A stretch of 64,000 bases of DNA from the NCBI RefSeq assembly GCF_946187725.1, contig NZ_CAMHSK010000002.1:58848-122847 (forward strand). The letters are read 5' to 3'. Position 1 is the stretch's first letter; each line of letters opens with the position of its first letter. Below the pieces are notes generated by a model. It was given only the letters and a program-made list of their open reading frames with translations, had not been told where the DNA came from and searched no databases. Positions 38,118 to 49,003 of this stretch are shown in pieces. The translations under genes and the position numbers were made by a program. Origin of the DNA: an uncultured Treponema sp. (GTDB lineage: Bacteria; Spirochaetota; Spirochaetia; Treponematales; Treponemataceae).

Positions 38118-40889
38118 CTATCGTCCGTGGCAATTTTTGTATTTTTTCCCCGAGCCGCATGGACACGGGTCGTTACGGCCAACTTTTGGGCCACTTCTTA
38201 CGACAGTGACGCTCTGACCGGTGCTTGCTCCTGCCATTGTACGGCTTGCGGCAGCCTGAGCGTTTCTTGTCATTGCTTCACCCCTGCCCTGTGCCGCAGC
38301 TTCGCTCATGCTCTGTGCTTCAGAATGCTGTGCATTACCTTGCAATGCCTTTCGCTGTGGTTGCTGAACAGGATTAATCTGGATTCGAACCTTGAATACG
38401 CGGCCAGCGATTTCGATACGGATTTTTTCAATCATTGCATCGAACTGGTTAAAGCCGTCAATTTTGTATTCAGTAAGAGGATTTTTGCTACCATAAGAGC
38501 GCAAGTGGACTGCTTCACGCAATCCGTCCAAATATTCGAGCTGATCGAGCCATTTTCGGTCAATTGCCTGAATGTACTGATAACGGATGAACATATTGAA
38601 CTGCTCGTGTCCGACCAGAGTTTCTTTTTCGGTGATGTCATTCTGCAAAAGCGAGAGAACTTTTTCTTCATGAAGCATTTCTGGAGGAAGCATTACGCCG
38701 AAATTATTCTTGATGTTCTCTGTGAGAACTTTGACTCCCTCACCCTTTTTTGTATGTGCAAAGTCATAGAACCAGTCGTTGAGGTAATCTCTGGCCGTTG
38801 CCATGATTCTTTCGCTCAAATTATCGTCTTCAAGAATTGAGTCACGCTGCTGATAGATGAATTCACGCTGCTCATTCAAAACATCGTCATAGTCAATCAA
38901 ATTCTTACGGATTTCAAAGTTTCGCTCTTCGACTTTCTTCTGAGCCTTTTCGATTCCCTTTGTAAGCCATGGATGATAGATAGGTTCACCAGGCTCCATA
39001 CCGATTTTTGTCATGATGTTCTTCATTCGGTCGCCACCGAACAAGCGCATCAAATCATCGTCCATGGAAATGAAGAATTTTGAGCGTCCTGGATCACCCT
39101 GTCGGCCAGAACGACCACGGAGCTGGTTATCGATTCGGCGTGATTCATGGCGCTCAGAACCGATTACATAAAGACCGCCGAGAGCTTTTACTTCCTCGTA
39201 GTCCTTGAGCCACTTTTCTTTTTCGGCTTTGACAGCTGCCTGATATTCTTCTGGAGATGCCTCTGTTCCGACCTTGCTCAATGCACGCTGCTCATAGCTT
39301 CCACCGAGCTTAATATCGGTACCACGACCAGCCATGTTTGTTGCGACAGTGACGGCACCTTTTGCACCAGCCTCTGCGATAATCAAAGCCTCGCGAGCGT
39401 GATTCTTTGCGTTCAAAACTTCATGCTTGATTCCGTTGCGTGTAAGGAGTGCCGAAAGATGCTCTGACTTTTCGACAGAAACTGTACCGACCAGAACCGG
39501 CTGTCCTTTTGTGTGAGCCTCACGGATTTCCTTAACGATTGCGTTCCATTTATCAGATTCATTGAGGTAAACTTCATCCTGCTCGTCAACTCGAGCGACA
39601 GGAAGGTTTGTTGGAATTACAACACAGTCGAGCTTGTAGATTTTCTGGAACTCGACGGCCTCAGTTGCAGCAGTACCGGTCATGCCGGAAAGTTTTGTGT
39701 ACATTCGGAAGAAATTCTGGAATGTAACGGTAGCCATAGTGCGGTTTCGCTGAGCGATTTTTACATGCTCTTTGGCCTCGATTGCCTGATGCAAACCGTC
39801 TGAATAGCGGCGGCCTTCAAGGATACGACCTGTGAATTCATCGACAATCTCAACTTTGCCGTCACGGACTACATATTCGTCATCTTTATTATACAAACGG
39901 TGAGCGCGGATTGCCTGAGTGAAGTAGTGAACATATTCAAAGTTCTCTTCATCGAAAACAGTTGTTTCAGGAGCAATCAAATTATGCTGATGAAGGATTG
40001 AATCGATTTTGTTCATACCCTTGTCAGTGAAAGAAACGCGCTTTGATTTTTCATCGATTTTGTAATCACCTTTGAGCGCAGCCCGCTCTTCTGGAGTCAT
40101 TTCGACTTCATCATAGTAGTCGTCTGTTTTTGGGTCTTTTTCTGCTTCTTCGAACAAATCAACATATTTGTCAACTTCGTAGAATTTGAAAGTATCGTCT
40201 TCGCCGGCACCAGAAATGATGAGCGGTGTTCGGGCTTCATCAATTAAGATAGAGTCAATTTCGTCAACGATACAATAGTTGAATCCACGCTGAACCTTGC
40301 GAGACATTTCAATCTGCATATTGTCGCGCAGGTAGTCAAAACCGAATTCGTTGTTAGTTCCGTATGTGATGTCGCAGTTGTAGTTTTCTTTTCGGACAGC
40401 GTTGTCCATGTTAGACAGAATCGTTCCTACAGTAACACCAAGATATGAGAAAACCGGGCGCATTGTGTTTGCATCGCGCTCAGCAAGGTAATCGTTTACG
40501 GTAACGACATGAACGCCCTTTCCGCTCAGTGAGTTGAGGTAAGCCGGAGCAACAGCCACGAGAGTTTTACCTTCACCAGTTTTCATTTCGGTGATTTTAC
40601 CCTGATGTAGGTTGATTGAGCCCATGAGCTGAACGTCATAAGCACGCTCTCCACGCACGCGGAATGCAGCTTCACGACAGAGAGCAAACGCTTCCGGCAA
40701 AATATCGTCAAGAGATTCACCATTTGAAAGTCTCTCTTTGAAAATCTGTGTCTGTTTAGGAAAATCTTCTGGAGCAAGTGATTTTGCCCATTCTTCTTTT
40801 TCGTTGATTGCCTTTACGATTGGAATTAACTTTTTAACATCACGCTCATTCTGTGAGCCGAAAATTACGGATAAAACTTTGTCTAACAT
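38118..40889 (-). CDS. secA: Preprotein translocase ATPase SecA
   Basis: 923 aa. [27 protein letters not shown] and the C-terminal zinc motif [14 protein letters not shown]. Confidence 0.95.
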   Translation of the reverse strand: MLDKVLSVIFGSQNERDVKKLIPIVKAINEKEEWAKSLAPEDFPKQTQIFKERLSNGESLDDILPEAFALCREAAFRVRGERAYDVQLMGSINLHQGKITEMKTGEGKTLVAVAPAYLNSLSGKGVHVVTVNDYLAERDANTMRPVFSYLGVTVGTILSNMDNAVRKENYNCDITYGTNNEFGFDYLRDNMQIEMSRKVQRGFNYCIVDEIDSILIDEARTPLIISGAGEDDTFKFYEVDKYVDLFEEAEKDPKTDDYYDEVEMTPEERAALKGDYKIDEKSKRVSFTDKGMNKIDSILHQHNLIAPETTVFDEENFEYVHYFTQAIRAHRLYNKDDEYVVRDGKVEIVDEFTGRILEGRRYSDGLHQAIEAKEHVKIAQRNRTMATVTFQNFFRMYTKLSGMTGTAATEAVEFQKIYKLDCVVIPTNLPVARVDEQDEVYLNESDKWNAIVKEIREAHTKGQPVLVGTVSVEKSEHLSALLTRNGIKHEVLNAKNHAREALIIAEAGAKGAVTVATNMAGRGTDIKLGGSYEQRALSKVGTEASPEEYQAAVKAEKEKWLKDYEEVKALGGLYVIGSERHESRRIDNQLRGRSGRQGDPGRSKFFISMDDDLMRLFGGDRMKNIMTKIGMEPGEPIYHPWLTKGIEKAQKKVEERNFEIRKNLIDYDDVLNEQREFIYQQRDSILEDDNLSERIMATARDYLNDWFYDFAHTKKGEGVKVLTENIKNNFGVMLPPEMLHEEKVLSLLQNDITEKETLVGHEQFNMFIRYQYIQAIDRKWLDQLEYLDGLREAVHLRSYGSKNPLTEYKIDGFNQFDAMIEKIRIEIAGRVFKVRIQINPVQQPQRKALQGNAQHSEAQSMSEAAAQGRGEAMTRNAQAAASRTMAGASTGQSVTVVRSGPKVGRNDPCPCGSGKKYKNCHGR

Positions 40890-40927
40890 AGTTCTATAAA
40901 TATAGCAAAAATGTCAGAAGTTAGCAA

Positions 40928-43900
40928 TTAGCTATGCAGTTCCGAAATTCCGCTGCCAATCAGCTTGCTGTGACCGCCTGAAACAGGCTTTACTTCAATC
41001 CGCTGATCAATTTCTTCTATTACATCCTGCACATGCGTGATTATTCCGAGCATTTTTCCTTCTTTCTGAAGATTTTTTAGGGCATTGATTGCTTCGGTAA
41101 GAAGTTCGCCACTCAAAGTACCGAAACCTTCATCCAAAAAGAGTGAATCCACGCGCACATTACGGCTTGCGAACTCAGAAATTGCAAGCGCGAATGAAAG
41201 AGAAACAAGGAATTTTTCACCGCCAGAAAGATTTGTGATTGAACGAGGCTGCTCAAAATAGATGTCCTGAATCTCAAATTCCAGACTTCCCTGATTTTTC
41301 TGCACCAGTTTGTACCGGGATGTGATTCCGAAAAGATTCTTGTTCGCAATGGTCAAAAGAGAGTTAAACGCAAGGCTCTGAACGAAAACCGACAAATCAG
41401 CACCTTCCCTCATTCCTGCCCACTTATTCATCTGCTCCCAGACACCGAATTTTTCTTGAATTTTCTGATATTTTGCAAGAATTTCTTTTGAGCGGGTTTT
41501 ATTCTGCTCGTTATTAACAAGCGCTGACTGAATTTTTACAAGCTCTTCACCACAAGCAGTTTTTTCGTTTTCGAGGGTAGTTTTTTCAAAATCAAGTTCT
41601 TCCCTTGAACGAGTCAAATTACTGTCAGATTTATAATCTTCGAGGGATTTTTTTGCATTTTCAAGACTGGTTTTTGCCTTTGTGAGCTTAGTTTTCAAGT
41701 CCTCACTTTTTCGCTCAAGTTCTGAAAAATCCGCGTCCGTCATGCGGCCATAAAGAAATTTTTCTTCGGAATCAAAACCATTTTCGTTCAATTTTTCAAA
41801 GAAAGCTTCTTCATCAGAACGAAGTTGAGGCTCTTTTTCATCAAGATTCTTTTCAAGCTGAGTTTTCTGTGCCTCAAGCCGGGATTTGTCGTCCTGTGCC
41901 TGATTCATGGCCTTCCCTGAATCTTCAAATGCCTTTCTCAAAGCAGAAATTCTATCATTACAGGCCGTTTCTTCTTCATCAGGCGATTTTTCACCAAAAA
42001 GCTCGTTCCGTTCTGACTGGAGTTTCTGCAAAAAAGACAGAGAATTCTGATATTCTTCGAGTGATTTATTGAAATTTTCTTCCTGAGCAGAAAAATTCTC
42101 TTTTGTAAGGGCAAGTTCGGCTTTTTTGGTCTGAAGTTCTCCATCAATTTGCCTGAGCAAAGACTCTTTTTCTTCCCATTCTTGGGATTTTTTCTGAAGC
42201 AGCTCGATTTTTGAAGGCAAATCCGCAAAATCAGCAATTTTTCCCCAAAAAGAAAGCGAATCGTTTATTTCCGAAAGAATCTGAATACAGGATTTTTTTG
42301 AATCCGAAAGATTGGACTCATTGTTTTTCAGTTCAGTTTTTAAGGATTCAAGACGAGTTCTGGCCGAATTCAAGTCAGATGTGAGTTGCTCATGACGCTC
42401 AGTTAAATTTGAACTTTTTTCAGCGAGATTTTTCGCTTTTAGCGAATCATTTTCAGAAAGATTTTCATGATTTTTAAGCGACGAATGATAAACTGAACCG
42501 CAGACAGGACAATTTTTTCCATCAGAAAGATTCAGGCGGAGAATTTTCGCAAAAAAAACAGCATCGGCAGAAACAAGGCTCTGAATTTCAGAATCAATTT
42601 TTTCAAGCTCCTGCTCAATTTTTTCTATTAAACTTTCAAGAGAAGCAAAATCCTTTTGAAGCTGAGATTCTTTTTTTTCAAGCTGTTCCTGATTTTTCAA
42701 TGAAATTCCGGCAGACTTTTCCATTGTGCGGATTTTTGAAATAATCTCAGGCAATTTTTCATCATTTTTATTCTGAGTGATATAATCCGAGACCGAAATC
42801 GATTTTTCGTCAAGATTTTTTAATTCACTTTTCAGAAGTTCAATTCTTTTCTTTGCCTCAAAAGCAACCTTTTCCGATGATTTTTTGCGGTTTTCACATT
42901 CAAGAACTTTTGCCTTTTCGCTTTCAATCTGAACATCCTTTTCCCGCACGATTTTCCAGATTTTCTGACTTTCAACCAAGTCTTTTTCAGCAGTTTCAAG
43001 TTTCTTTCTGAAATCAGCTTCATTTTTTTTGGCAGAATCAAATTTTTCTTCAGCCTTGGCAATTAAATTCTTCAATTCTGCTATTTTTTGAGAGGTGTTT
43101 TTAAGTTCATTACGAAGACCGACAAGCAAAGCAAAGTCTTTTTCGCAGTTTTTTGCATTTTTTGCCACTAAAAGACGGTTTTCTTGAGGCGCAAACAGAG
43201 CCGTCTCGTTCTCAATGGCAGTCTTTATCTTCAAACTCTCATCATAAGATTTTTGGAGCCGGTCAAGTTCCTCAATTTGGGCAATTTCTTTCTGCAAAGC
43301 GGCAATTTTATTTTCAGAATCAGCAATTTTTTGTTTTAAATCAGATGATTTTTTCAAGAAATCCTTTTCAACTTCATCATCCATTATCAGATTTTCAACA
43401 TTTTCTTTTTCGGACTTTATAAGCGCAAAAGATTTCTTTATATCGCTGAATTTTTCGGCAATTTTTTTACCGATTTCACGATATCGTTCTGTTCCTGTGA
43501 GTTTTTCAAGGATTTCAGCGCGCTCACGGCCATTGCTTTCCAAAAACGCACTGAATTCGCCCTGAGCAAGCATGATTGAGCGGCAGAACTGCTTGTAATC
43601 CAGCTGTATGATTTTCTGGGTCTCTTTTTCAAGATTTGAGCCGTTTCCCGAAGCCACAACTTCACTTGTTGCCGAAAACAATTCTCCTAAATCCAAATTG
43701 TCTGAATCAATCCGCGTAATTTTATAAGAAGTTTTCTGAAGTTTTCCTTCGGCCTTTCCATTCGCACGGTTTTGCTGAAATTCAGAAACAAAAGTTCCTT
43801 TTTTACAAGAATAGGTTACCTGTGCACGACAAAAGCCGGTTCCACGAGTCATGATTTCGTTTCCGCCCTCGCCATTGTTAATCGTCTCCAGGCGGGGAGT

Positions 43901-44074
43901 TTTTCCGTACAAGGCAAGTGTAATTGCATCAAGAATCGTAGTTTTTCCAGCACCAGTCGGGCCGTGAATTACAAAGATGTCATGATTTTTCGCATAGTCA
44001 GGATGAGTAAAATCGATTGTCCATTTGCCTTTCAGGGAATTCAGATTTTCAAATTCAAGTTTCGTAATTCGCAT
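40928..44074 (-). CDS. sbcC: SbcC (Rad50-like) ATPase subunit of the SbcCD nuclease
   Basis: 1048 aa. Walker A GPTGAGKTT, long coiled coil with zinc hook CPVCGS, signature LSGGEKFLVSLSFALA, Walker B LFLDEGFG. Confidence 0.85.
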   Translation of the reverse strand: MRITKLEFENLNSLKGKWTIDFTHPDYAKNHDIFVIHGPTGAGKTTILDAITLALYGKTPRLETINNGEGGNEIMTRGTGFCRAQVTYSCKKGTFVSEFQQNRANGKAEGKLQKTSYKITRIDSDNLDLGELFSATSEVVASGNGSNLEKETQKIIQLDYKQFCRSIMLAQGEFSAFLESNGRERAEILEKLTGTERYREIGKKIAEKFSDIKKSFALIKSEKENVENLIMDDEVEKDFLKKSSDLKQKIADSENKIAALQKEIAQIEELDRLQKSYDESLKIKTAIENETALFAPQENRLLVAKNAKNCEKDFALLVGLRNELKNTSQKIAELKNLIAKAEEKFDSAKKNEADFRKKLETAEKDLVESQKIWKIVREKDVQIESEKAKVLECENRKKSSEKVAFEAKKRIELLKSELKNLDEKSISVSDYITQNKNDEKLPEIISKIRTMEKSAGISLKNQEQLEKKESQLQKDFASLESLIEKIEQELEKIDSEIQSLVSADAVFFAKILRLNLSDGKNCPVCGSVYHSSLKNHENLSENDSLKAKNLAEKSSNLTERHEQLTSDLNSARTRLESLKTELKNNESNLSDSKKSCIQILSEINDSLSFWGKIADFADLPSKIELLQKKSQEWEEKESLLRQIDGELQTKKAELALTKENFSAQEENFNKSLEEYQNSLSFLQKLQSERNELFGEKSPDEEETACNDRISALRKAFEDSGKAMNQAQDDKSRLEAQKTQLEKNLDEKEPQLRSDEEAFFEKLNENGFDSEEKFLYGRMTDADFSELERKSEDLKTKLTKAKTSLENAKKSLEDYKSDSNLTRSREELDFEKTTLENEKTACGEELVKIQSALVNNEQNKTRSKEILAKYQKIQEKFGVWEQMNKWAGMREGADLSVFVQSLAFNSLLTIANKNLFGITSRYKLVQKNQGSLEFEIQDIYFEQPRSITNLSGGEKFLVSLSFALAISEFASRNVRVDSLFLDEGFGTLSGELLTEAINALKNLQKEGKMLGIITHVQDVIEEIDQRIEVKPVSGGHSKLIGSGISELHS

Positions 44075-45387
44075 CAGTTTTCTCCCGCCGCAATCTGCAT
44101 GAAAAGAGGAAGGAATTTTTCTATGGCACGCTTTCCTTCTTCACTTTCGGCTTCCAGACCGGATTTTGAGAGAATCAGCTGCGTAAACACTTCTTTGTCA
44201 TCAAGATTCTTTATCTCACGCATTTCAAATCCGCTGAATGAACTTGAAGAAAAGGCTTTTTCAAAATCAAGGACTTTCCAGCTCACAACACTTATATTTT
44301 CACCAAGATTTTGAATTGTTTCCGCCAGATATTCCTGCACATTCACTCCGATTTCCCGCTTATAACAAAGCTCAAGATACAAAGGCTTGGTTCCATTTTT
44401 TTCTCGTGAAAGAGCTTCAAGTTCTTCCTTAATTTTGGCCGGAGTTCCACTTAGTCTTTTATAAGTAACAATTCTTGGAGTTTCAATTTTTTCGACTTCA
44501 AGGCTGCATTTTTCACCAGCACAAGGATTCAAGTCAACGCAGAGAACATAATGAGGAATTTCCGCTTCGTCAAAGCCCATCACAAAAGGAGAGCCTGAAT
44601 ATCGTATCGCGGGATTTTTTGCGACCATTGTGGAATAATGAATGTGACCGAGCGCAACATAATCAGCAGGCGGGAAAACAGAAACCGGCACATTACCCAA
44701 AGTTCCAAGAACATCAAGGACTTTTACACCGTCATCGCTTTTTTCATTAGATTTTTTTTCTGAAAGCCGTCCTTCGAGATTTGCGGCATACAAATGCCCT
44801 GTAGCTACAATCGGAATGTTCCGCCCGTCACGCAGTTTTTCGGCCTCATTAAAGACCTGAGTATATATTTTTTGATATGCAATATTATATAAATCAGAAT
44901 CAGCAATCTTTCGATTTTCAGCAGATTTTTCTTCACCAGACTTCCAGACAAGATTGCGGAGTTCAAGTTCACGGATGAAAGGAAGTGCCATGCATACGCC
45001 AGAGACTTCATCATTACAATCTTTCAATTCAAAGCACATGTCAGACGGATTAAGATTATTGATGGAACCAACAACGCGGATATTCAACACATCAAGCAGT
45101 TCTTTAGCACAATCGAGCATAACCGATGAATCATGATTTCCGCCGACAATAATCACATTTTTACAGCAGGTGTCAGAAAGGGATGCAAGAAAAGTATAAT
45201 AAAGACGCCGCGCTTCAAGAGGGGGATTTGCAGTATCAAAAATATCGCCCGAAACAATCAGAGCGGTGGCATTTTTTTTAATTATGAGAGATTTGAGGAA
45301 GCCGAAGAAAGCTTTGACTTCCTCTTTTCTGTCGATATCATGCATCTGATTGCCGAGATGCCAGTCAGCAGTATGAATAAAGCGCAT
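44074..45387 (-). CDS. sbcD: SbcD (Mre11-like) nuclease subunit
   Basis: Phosphoesterase motifs IHTADWHLG, SGDIFD, GNHD and GHIH. The stop overlaps the sbcC start. Confidence 0.85.
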   Translation of the reverse strand: MRFIHTADWHLGNQMHDIDRKEEVKAFFGFLKSLIIKKNATALIVSGDIFDTANPPLEARRLYYTFLASLSDTCCKNVIIVGGNHDSSVMLDCAKELLDVLNIRVVGSINNLNPSDMCFELKDCNDEVSGVCMALPFIRELELRNLVWKSGEEKSAENRKIADSDLYNIAYQKIYTQVFNEAEKLRDGRNIPIVATGHLYAANLEGRLSEKKSNEKSDDGVKVLDVLGTLGNVPVSVFPPADYVALGHIHYSTMVAKNPAIRYSGSPFVMGFDEAEIPHYVLCVDLNPCAGEKCSLEVEKIETPRIVTYKRLSGTPAKIKEELEALSREKNGTKPLYLELCYKREIGVNVQEYLAETIQNLGENISVVSWKVLDFEKAFSSSSFSGFEMREIKNLDDKEVFTQLILSKSGLEAESEEGKRAIEKFLPLFMQIAAGEN

Positions 45388-45406
45388 CTGTCACCACAAT
45401 CAGCAT

Positions 45407-47506
45407 TTACTGCAATGGAGCAAAATAACCTGTCTCGTCACGGCCGCTTCGGTTCATTATGAAAGCCTCAAGTTCAACAGGAAGATACCGCTGACCAAAA
45501 TCCGTTCCAAGGGATGATGTATATGAAAGGATATAAGAACCGGCTGGTATATCAATTATGTCGCTAATCATGCCAGAAAGACCTGTATCACGATAAACAT
45601 AATATTCGCCGCCTTCCGTATGGTCACAAAGATAATTCAATTCGCTGTCGGCAGTGCCCTGAGCAAGAAGCAGATTGACAAAACCAATCGAATTGTTGTT
45701 CAGATAAGCGGTTAAATCAGAAAGGCCATACTTTGAGAATGCGAGCTGGCTCACCTTTCCGTCACCGATATAAACAATCGCACATTTTTTTGCTGCGTTT
45801 ATGAGGGCATTTGAACACATTCGTACAGCGACATCCAGGGCAACATTTGAAGAAGCAGGATTTTTGAGATTTTTAAGCTTAAAATTGATTCCACCTTCAG
45901 GAGCACCTTCATATTCAATCAAAGGTACAGTTCCAGCACTTACGATTCGAAGAGTGCCCTTGTTGTTCATAGCCGCAGAAATCTCTTTGACAGCATTTTC
46001 CATGCTTTCTTCGTATCGTGATGAAGAAACGGAACGGTCAATCAAAAGAGTTATGTCTGCATAATCATTAACATAGGCAGAACCTTCAAGTTTGTAATCC
46101 ATTACAGGAGATTTGTTTTCTGTAATGAAGAAATTGTTTTCTTTGAGACCAACGATGCTCTGACGAGAGCGGTTCTCAACTTTTACTTCAAGAGTGACCT
46201 TTGGGAATGAATCTGATATGACACGCTCAATCTGAACGAAAAGTCCGCCAACGACCTCAGAAAGCTTGGCCATTACATAGATTTCGTTTGAAGAAAAATC
46301 CGTTACGAGAATGTTTCCGTTGATGTCTGGAACGGCACTCGTGAGCCTTGAAGGAGCATTTCCTGAAGAAAGATTCTCAAAGAGAGAGCCTGTATCAGTA
46401 TCGATTGAATAAACCTTGTTAGTATCGCAGATGACAAGATACTTTCCCCAGCGTTTCATTGCTTCGGGCTTTTTGAAAGTTTTGTTTTTGCAGAGAAGAC
46501 CAAGATAGTTGCCGGATACATCAAATCTGTGAACGGCACCTGTAAGGCAATCAGCGACAAAGACAGAATTTTCGTAAACAGCGATTCCCGTTGGACCTTT
46601 CAGCCCCGCAAAATCATCAGATTTTTTTCCAAAGAAAAACAGAGGATTTCCCTCAGAATCAAAAACATCAACGCGGCTGTTTCCAAAATCACTTACATAA
46701 ATGTTCCCGTCAGAATCTTCGGCCATATATTGAGGGCCAACCATTCCGCCAAGAGCACCGCCTTTTTTGCCAAAAGATTTTACGAAAGCACCTTTTGAAG
46801 TGAACATGGAAATTCTGTCACCAGCGAATTCACTGACGAGAAGATTTCCATTATGGAGGCGAATCAAATCCATAGGACGGTCAAATCCGTTGAAATATCC
46901 GCCGTTTCGGTCAATTACAAGACCGTTCAAGTCCATTTTTAAAAGTTCATTTGAACCGTATGACAAAAGCCACACCGTGCCGTCATTATTCGGCAAAACC
47001 GAAACCGGCTGACTGAAAACAAGATTGCCCTCTTCATTTTTGCCGTTATAGCTTCCGGATTCAGTGTAGCGGACAGGTTTATCAAGTGCCCCGCCAGCAA
47101 GCAGACGACGGTCACGAACAATTTCAATGCGGTTCTGCAAAAGAAGTCCGCCATATCCTTCGTTTGAAGCATACTGCCAGTGCTCAAGGGCAGCCCCTTC
47201 AATACCAGAACGATAATATGCCTTTCCGAGCCAGTCGAGAATAATCATCTCTTCGGGAAGATAAGAAAGAGCCTTTTCAAACTGAAGGATTGAGTCGTTG
47301 AATGCCCCTCGGTAATAAGCCTGAACACCACGGCGGAATTCCTGCTCAGCAAGACCTGAAGCCGCAGTCCTTGCACCGATTGAAGAGCGGGAATTTGCTT
47401 CTTCACTCTCAAAGGCACCACTCTGCTGTGCAAATACAGAAAATCCTGTAACAAAGAAGAGAATGGCAGTCGTTGCATTTTTTATTATTCGTTTTTCAAT
47501 TTTCAT
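45407..47506 (-). CDS. Secreted TPR / NHL beta-propeller / vWA-like multidomain protein, function unknown
   Basis: Signal peptide, an N-terminal TPR-like segment and repeated NHL-type blades (for example GNIYVSDFGNSRV and ILVTDFSSNEIYV). The C-terminal region has a MIDAS-like DRSVS motif (ITLLIDRSVSSS). Confidence 0.5.
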   Translation of the reverse strand: MKIEKRIIKNATTAILFFVTGFSVFAQQSGAFESEEANSRSSIGARTAASGLAEQEFRRGVQAYYRGAFNDSILQFEKALSYLPEEMIILDWLGKAYYRSGIEGAALEHWQYASNEGYGGLLLQNRIEIVRDRRLLAGGALDKPVRYTESGSYNGKNEEGNLVFSQPVSVLPNNDGTVWLLSYGSNELLKMDLNGLVIDRNGGYFNGFDRPMDLIRLHNGNLLVSEFAGDRISMFTSKGAFVKSFGKKGGALGGMVGPQYMAEDSDGNIYVSDFGNSRVDVFDSEGNPLFFFGKKSDDFAGLKGPTGIAVYENSVFVADCLTGAVHRFDVSGNYLGLLCKNKTFKKPEAMKRWGKYLVICDTNKVYSIDTDTGSLFENLSSGNAPSRLTSAVPDINGNILVTDFSSNEIYVMAKLSEVVGGLFVQIERVISDSFPKVTLEVKVENRSRQSIVGLKENNFFITENKSPVMDYKLEGSAYVNDYADITLLIDRSVSSSRYEESMENAVKEISAAMNNKGTLRIVSAGTVPLIEYEGAPEGGINFKLKNLKNPASSNVALDVAVRMCSNALINAAKKCAIVYIGDGKVSQLAFSKYGLSDLTAYLNNNSIGFVNLLLAQGTADSELNYLCDHTEGGEYYVYRDTGLSGMISDIIDIPAGSYILSYTSSLGTDFGQRYLPVELEAFIMNRSGRDETGYFAPLQ

Positions 47507-47509
47507 TTT

Positions 47510-48184
47510 TTAACTTTCCTGCGCAATACGAAGATGTTCGGCAATTTCCTCGTTATCAGGCAACATTATGCGGGCCTGATTGAGATATTTGAAAGCATCT
47601 TCCATTAGTCCAAGCTTTAGGTAAACCCAACCTACACTGTCGAGACAGGCCGGAGAATTCGGCCGTTTGTCCAATGCACGCTTACAGAATGAAAGTGCCT
47701 TTGTCAAATCGCGATTTTCACAGGCAAGAACATATCCCATTCCGTTAAGAGCCGTTGCATTTTCCGGCTCAAGCTCAATAGCCTTTTTATAAAAATCAAG
47801 GGAACGCTCAATTTCATCCTGTTTCCAGGCAATATAAGCAAGAGATGAATAAACAGAGGCTGGTCGGTAGCCTGATTCAAGCAATTTGTTCAGCTCGAAT
47901 TCAGCAAGCTTTTTTCGACCGCTGTTGGCATAAATTACCGCAAGAACATAACGGCACTGCAGAACACGCTCAAGTTCCGAGCCGCCCGTAACAACCTGTT
48001 CAAGATACAAAAGAGCGTCATTGTAACGCTCAAGCTTTGCATAGCACAGACCTATATAATATGCCATTTCAATATTATTGATTTCAGAATCATCTGGCAA
48101 AGAAAGGAAAAAAGCAAGCGCACCGTTGTAATCGGCATTCTTGTACATGCTTATCCCCTCTTTCAGAATGTCATTGTCAGCCAT
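47510..48184 (-). CDS. Tetratricopeptide-repeat protein
   Basis: 224 aa made of successive TPR-like helices (repeated A..Y......A...F..AL pattern). It lies 3 nt upstream of the NHL/vWA gene. Confidence 0.6.
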   Translation of the reverse strand: MADNDILKEGISMYKNADYNGALAFFLSLPDDSEINNIEMAYYIGLCYAKLERYNDALLYLEQVVTGGSELERVLQCRYVLAVIYANSGRKKLAEFELNKLLESGYRPASVYSSLAYIAWKQDEIERSLDFYKKAIELEPENATALNGMGYVLACENRDLTKALSFCKRALDKRPNSPACLDSVGWVYLKLGLMEDAFKYLNQARIMLPDNEEIAEHLRIAQES

Positions 48185-48211
48185 ACGCCCTCCCGTAACA
48201 GCTAAGCAAAA

Positions 48212-49003
48212 TTAAAATTTAAAGTCTACACCCTTGCCCGGCTTTTTTAACACAGGTTCAGCATAAACAAGCGAGACCGCAATCTTTCCGCTGCGTGCTA
48301 TATTGTAATCAGAATCACTCTCTCCGGAAACAGAAATTTTACTGGTATTGCAAATTCCAAAAAATGAAGCATTATCACTGCCTTCTATTGAAACTTTGTC
48401 TCCGTAATCGCGCACGCATCCCGAAGCAAAAGCTGCCTCTTTATATGTATCGGCGGAAGTCGCATTGAGACTTACAAAAACATCACCCGAACACAAAGAA
48501 ATCAGCTCGTCAAGGTTTTTCGCCGTAAAATCAGCCAAAGGCTTAAAATTGAACCCATGGTTCGCATAATCAAAAAATTCAGATTCAAGGCTCACGGCAA
48601 TTCCCGGAACCCCCATAATGACCGCCTGACGGGCCGCAGCGCAAGTACCTGAATAAATCACATCAGTGCCCATGTTTGGCCCCGCATTGATTCCAGAAAC
48701 GACCGCATCAAATTTAAATCCGAACAAAGGCGATGTGAAGGCACAAATCACGCAGTCCGCAGGCGTACCCGAACAAGAATAAGTAGATTCGCCATGTTTT
48801 TGAAAGGCAAGCCGTTTACCCAGGGTAATTTTACTTGAAACAGCCGACCTGTTAGAATCTGGAGCAAGAACATAGACATCACACACAGACTTTAAGGATT
48901 CAACAAGAACTTTCATTCCCTCGCCGTCAATTCCATCATCATTCGTAACAAGGATTTTTTTTCTTCTGGCGGCATTTAAGGTATTTTCTGAATTAAGAGA
49001 CAA
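48212..49003 (-). CDS. surE: 5'/3'-nucleotidase SurE
   Basis: N-terminal KILVTNDDGIDGEG and the SGINAGPN motif. Confidence 0.85.
   Translation of the reverse strand: MSLNSENTLNAARRKKILVTNDDGIDGEGMKVLVESLKSVCDVYVLAPDSNRSAVSSKITLGKRLAFQKHGESTYSCSGTPADCVICAFTSPLFGFKFDAVVSGINAGPNMGTDVIYSGTCAAARQAVIMGVPGIAVSLESEFFDYANHGFNFKPLADFTAKNLDELISLCSGDVFVSLNATSADTYKEAAFASGCVRDYGDKVSIEGSDNASFFGICNTSKISVSGESDSDYNIARSGKIAVSLVYAEPVLKKPGKGVDFKF

Noticed and set aside
38127-38840. 237-aa ORF antisense to the secA 3' end
   Set aside because: It is fully embedded opposite a highly conserved gene. It has no SD and a Cys/Phe-rich nonsense composition, as expected by chance for an antisense frame.
40928-45387. The SbcC/SbcD pair as a novel SMC-type defence system (Wadjet- or Lamassu-like)
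   Set aside because: Both proteins have the ordinary SbcCD motif set and sizes (zinc hook CPVCGS and the Mre11 phosphoesterase motifs). They have the usual overlapping gene arrangement and no accessory effector genes.
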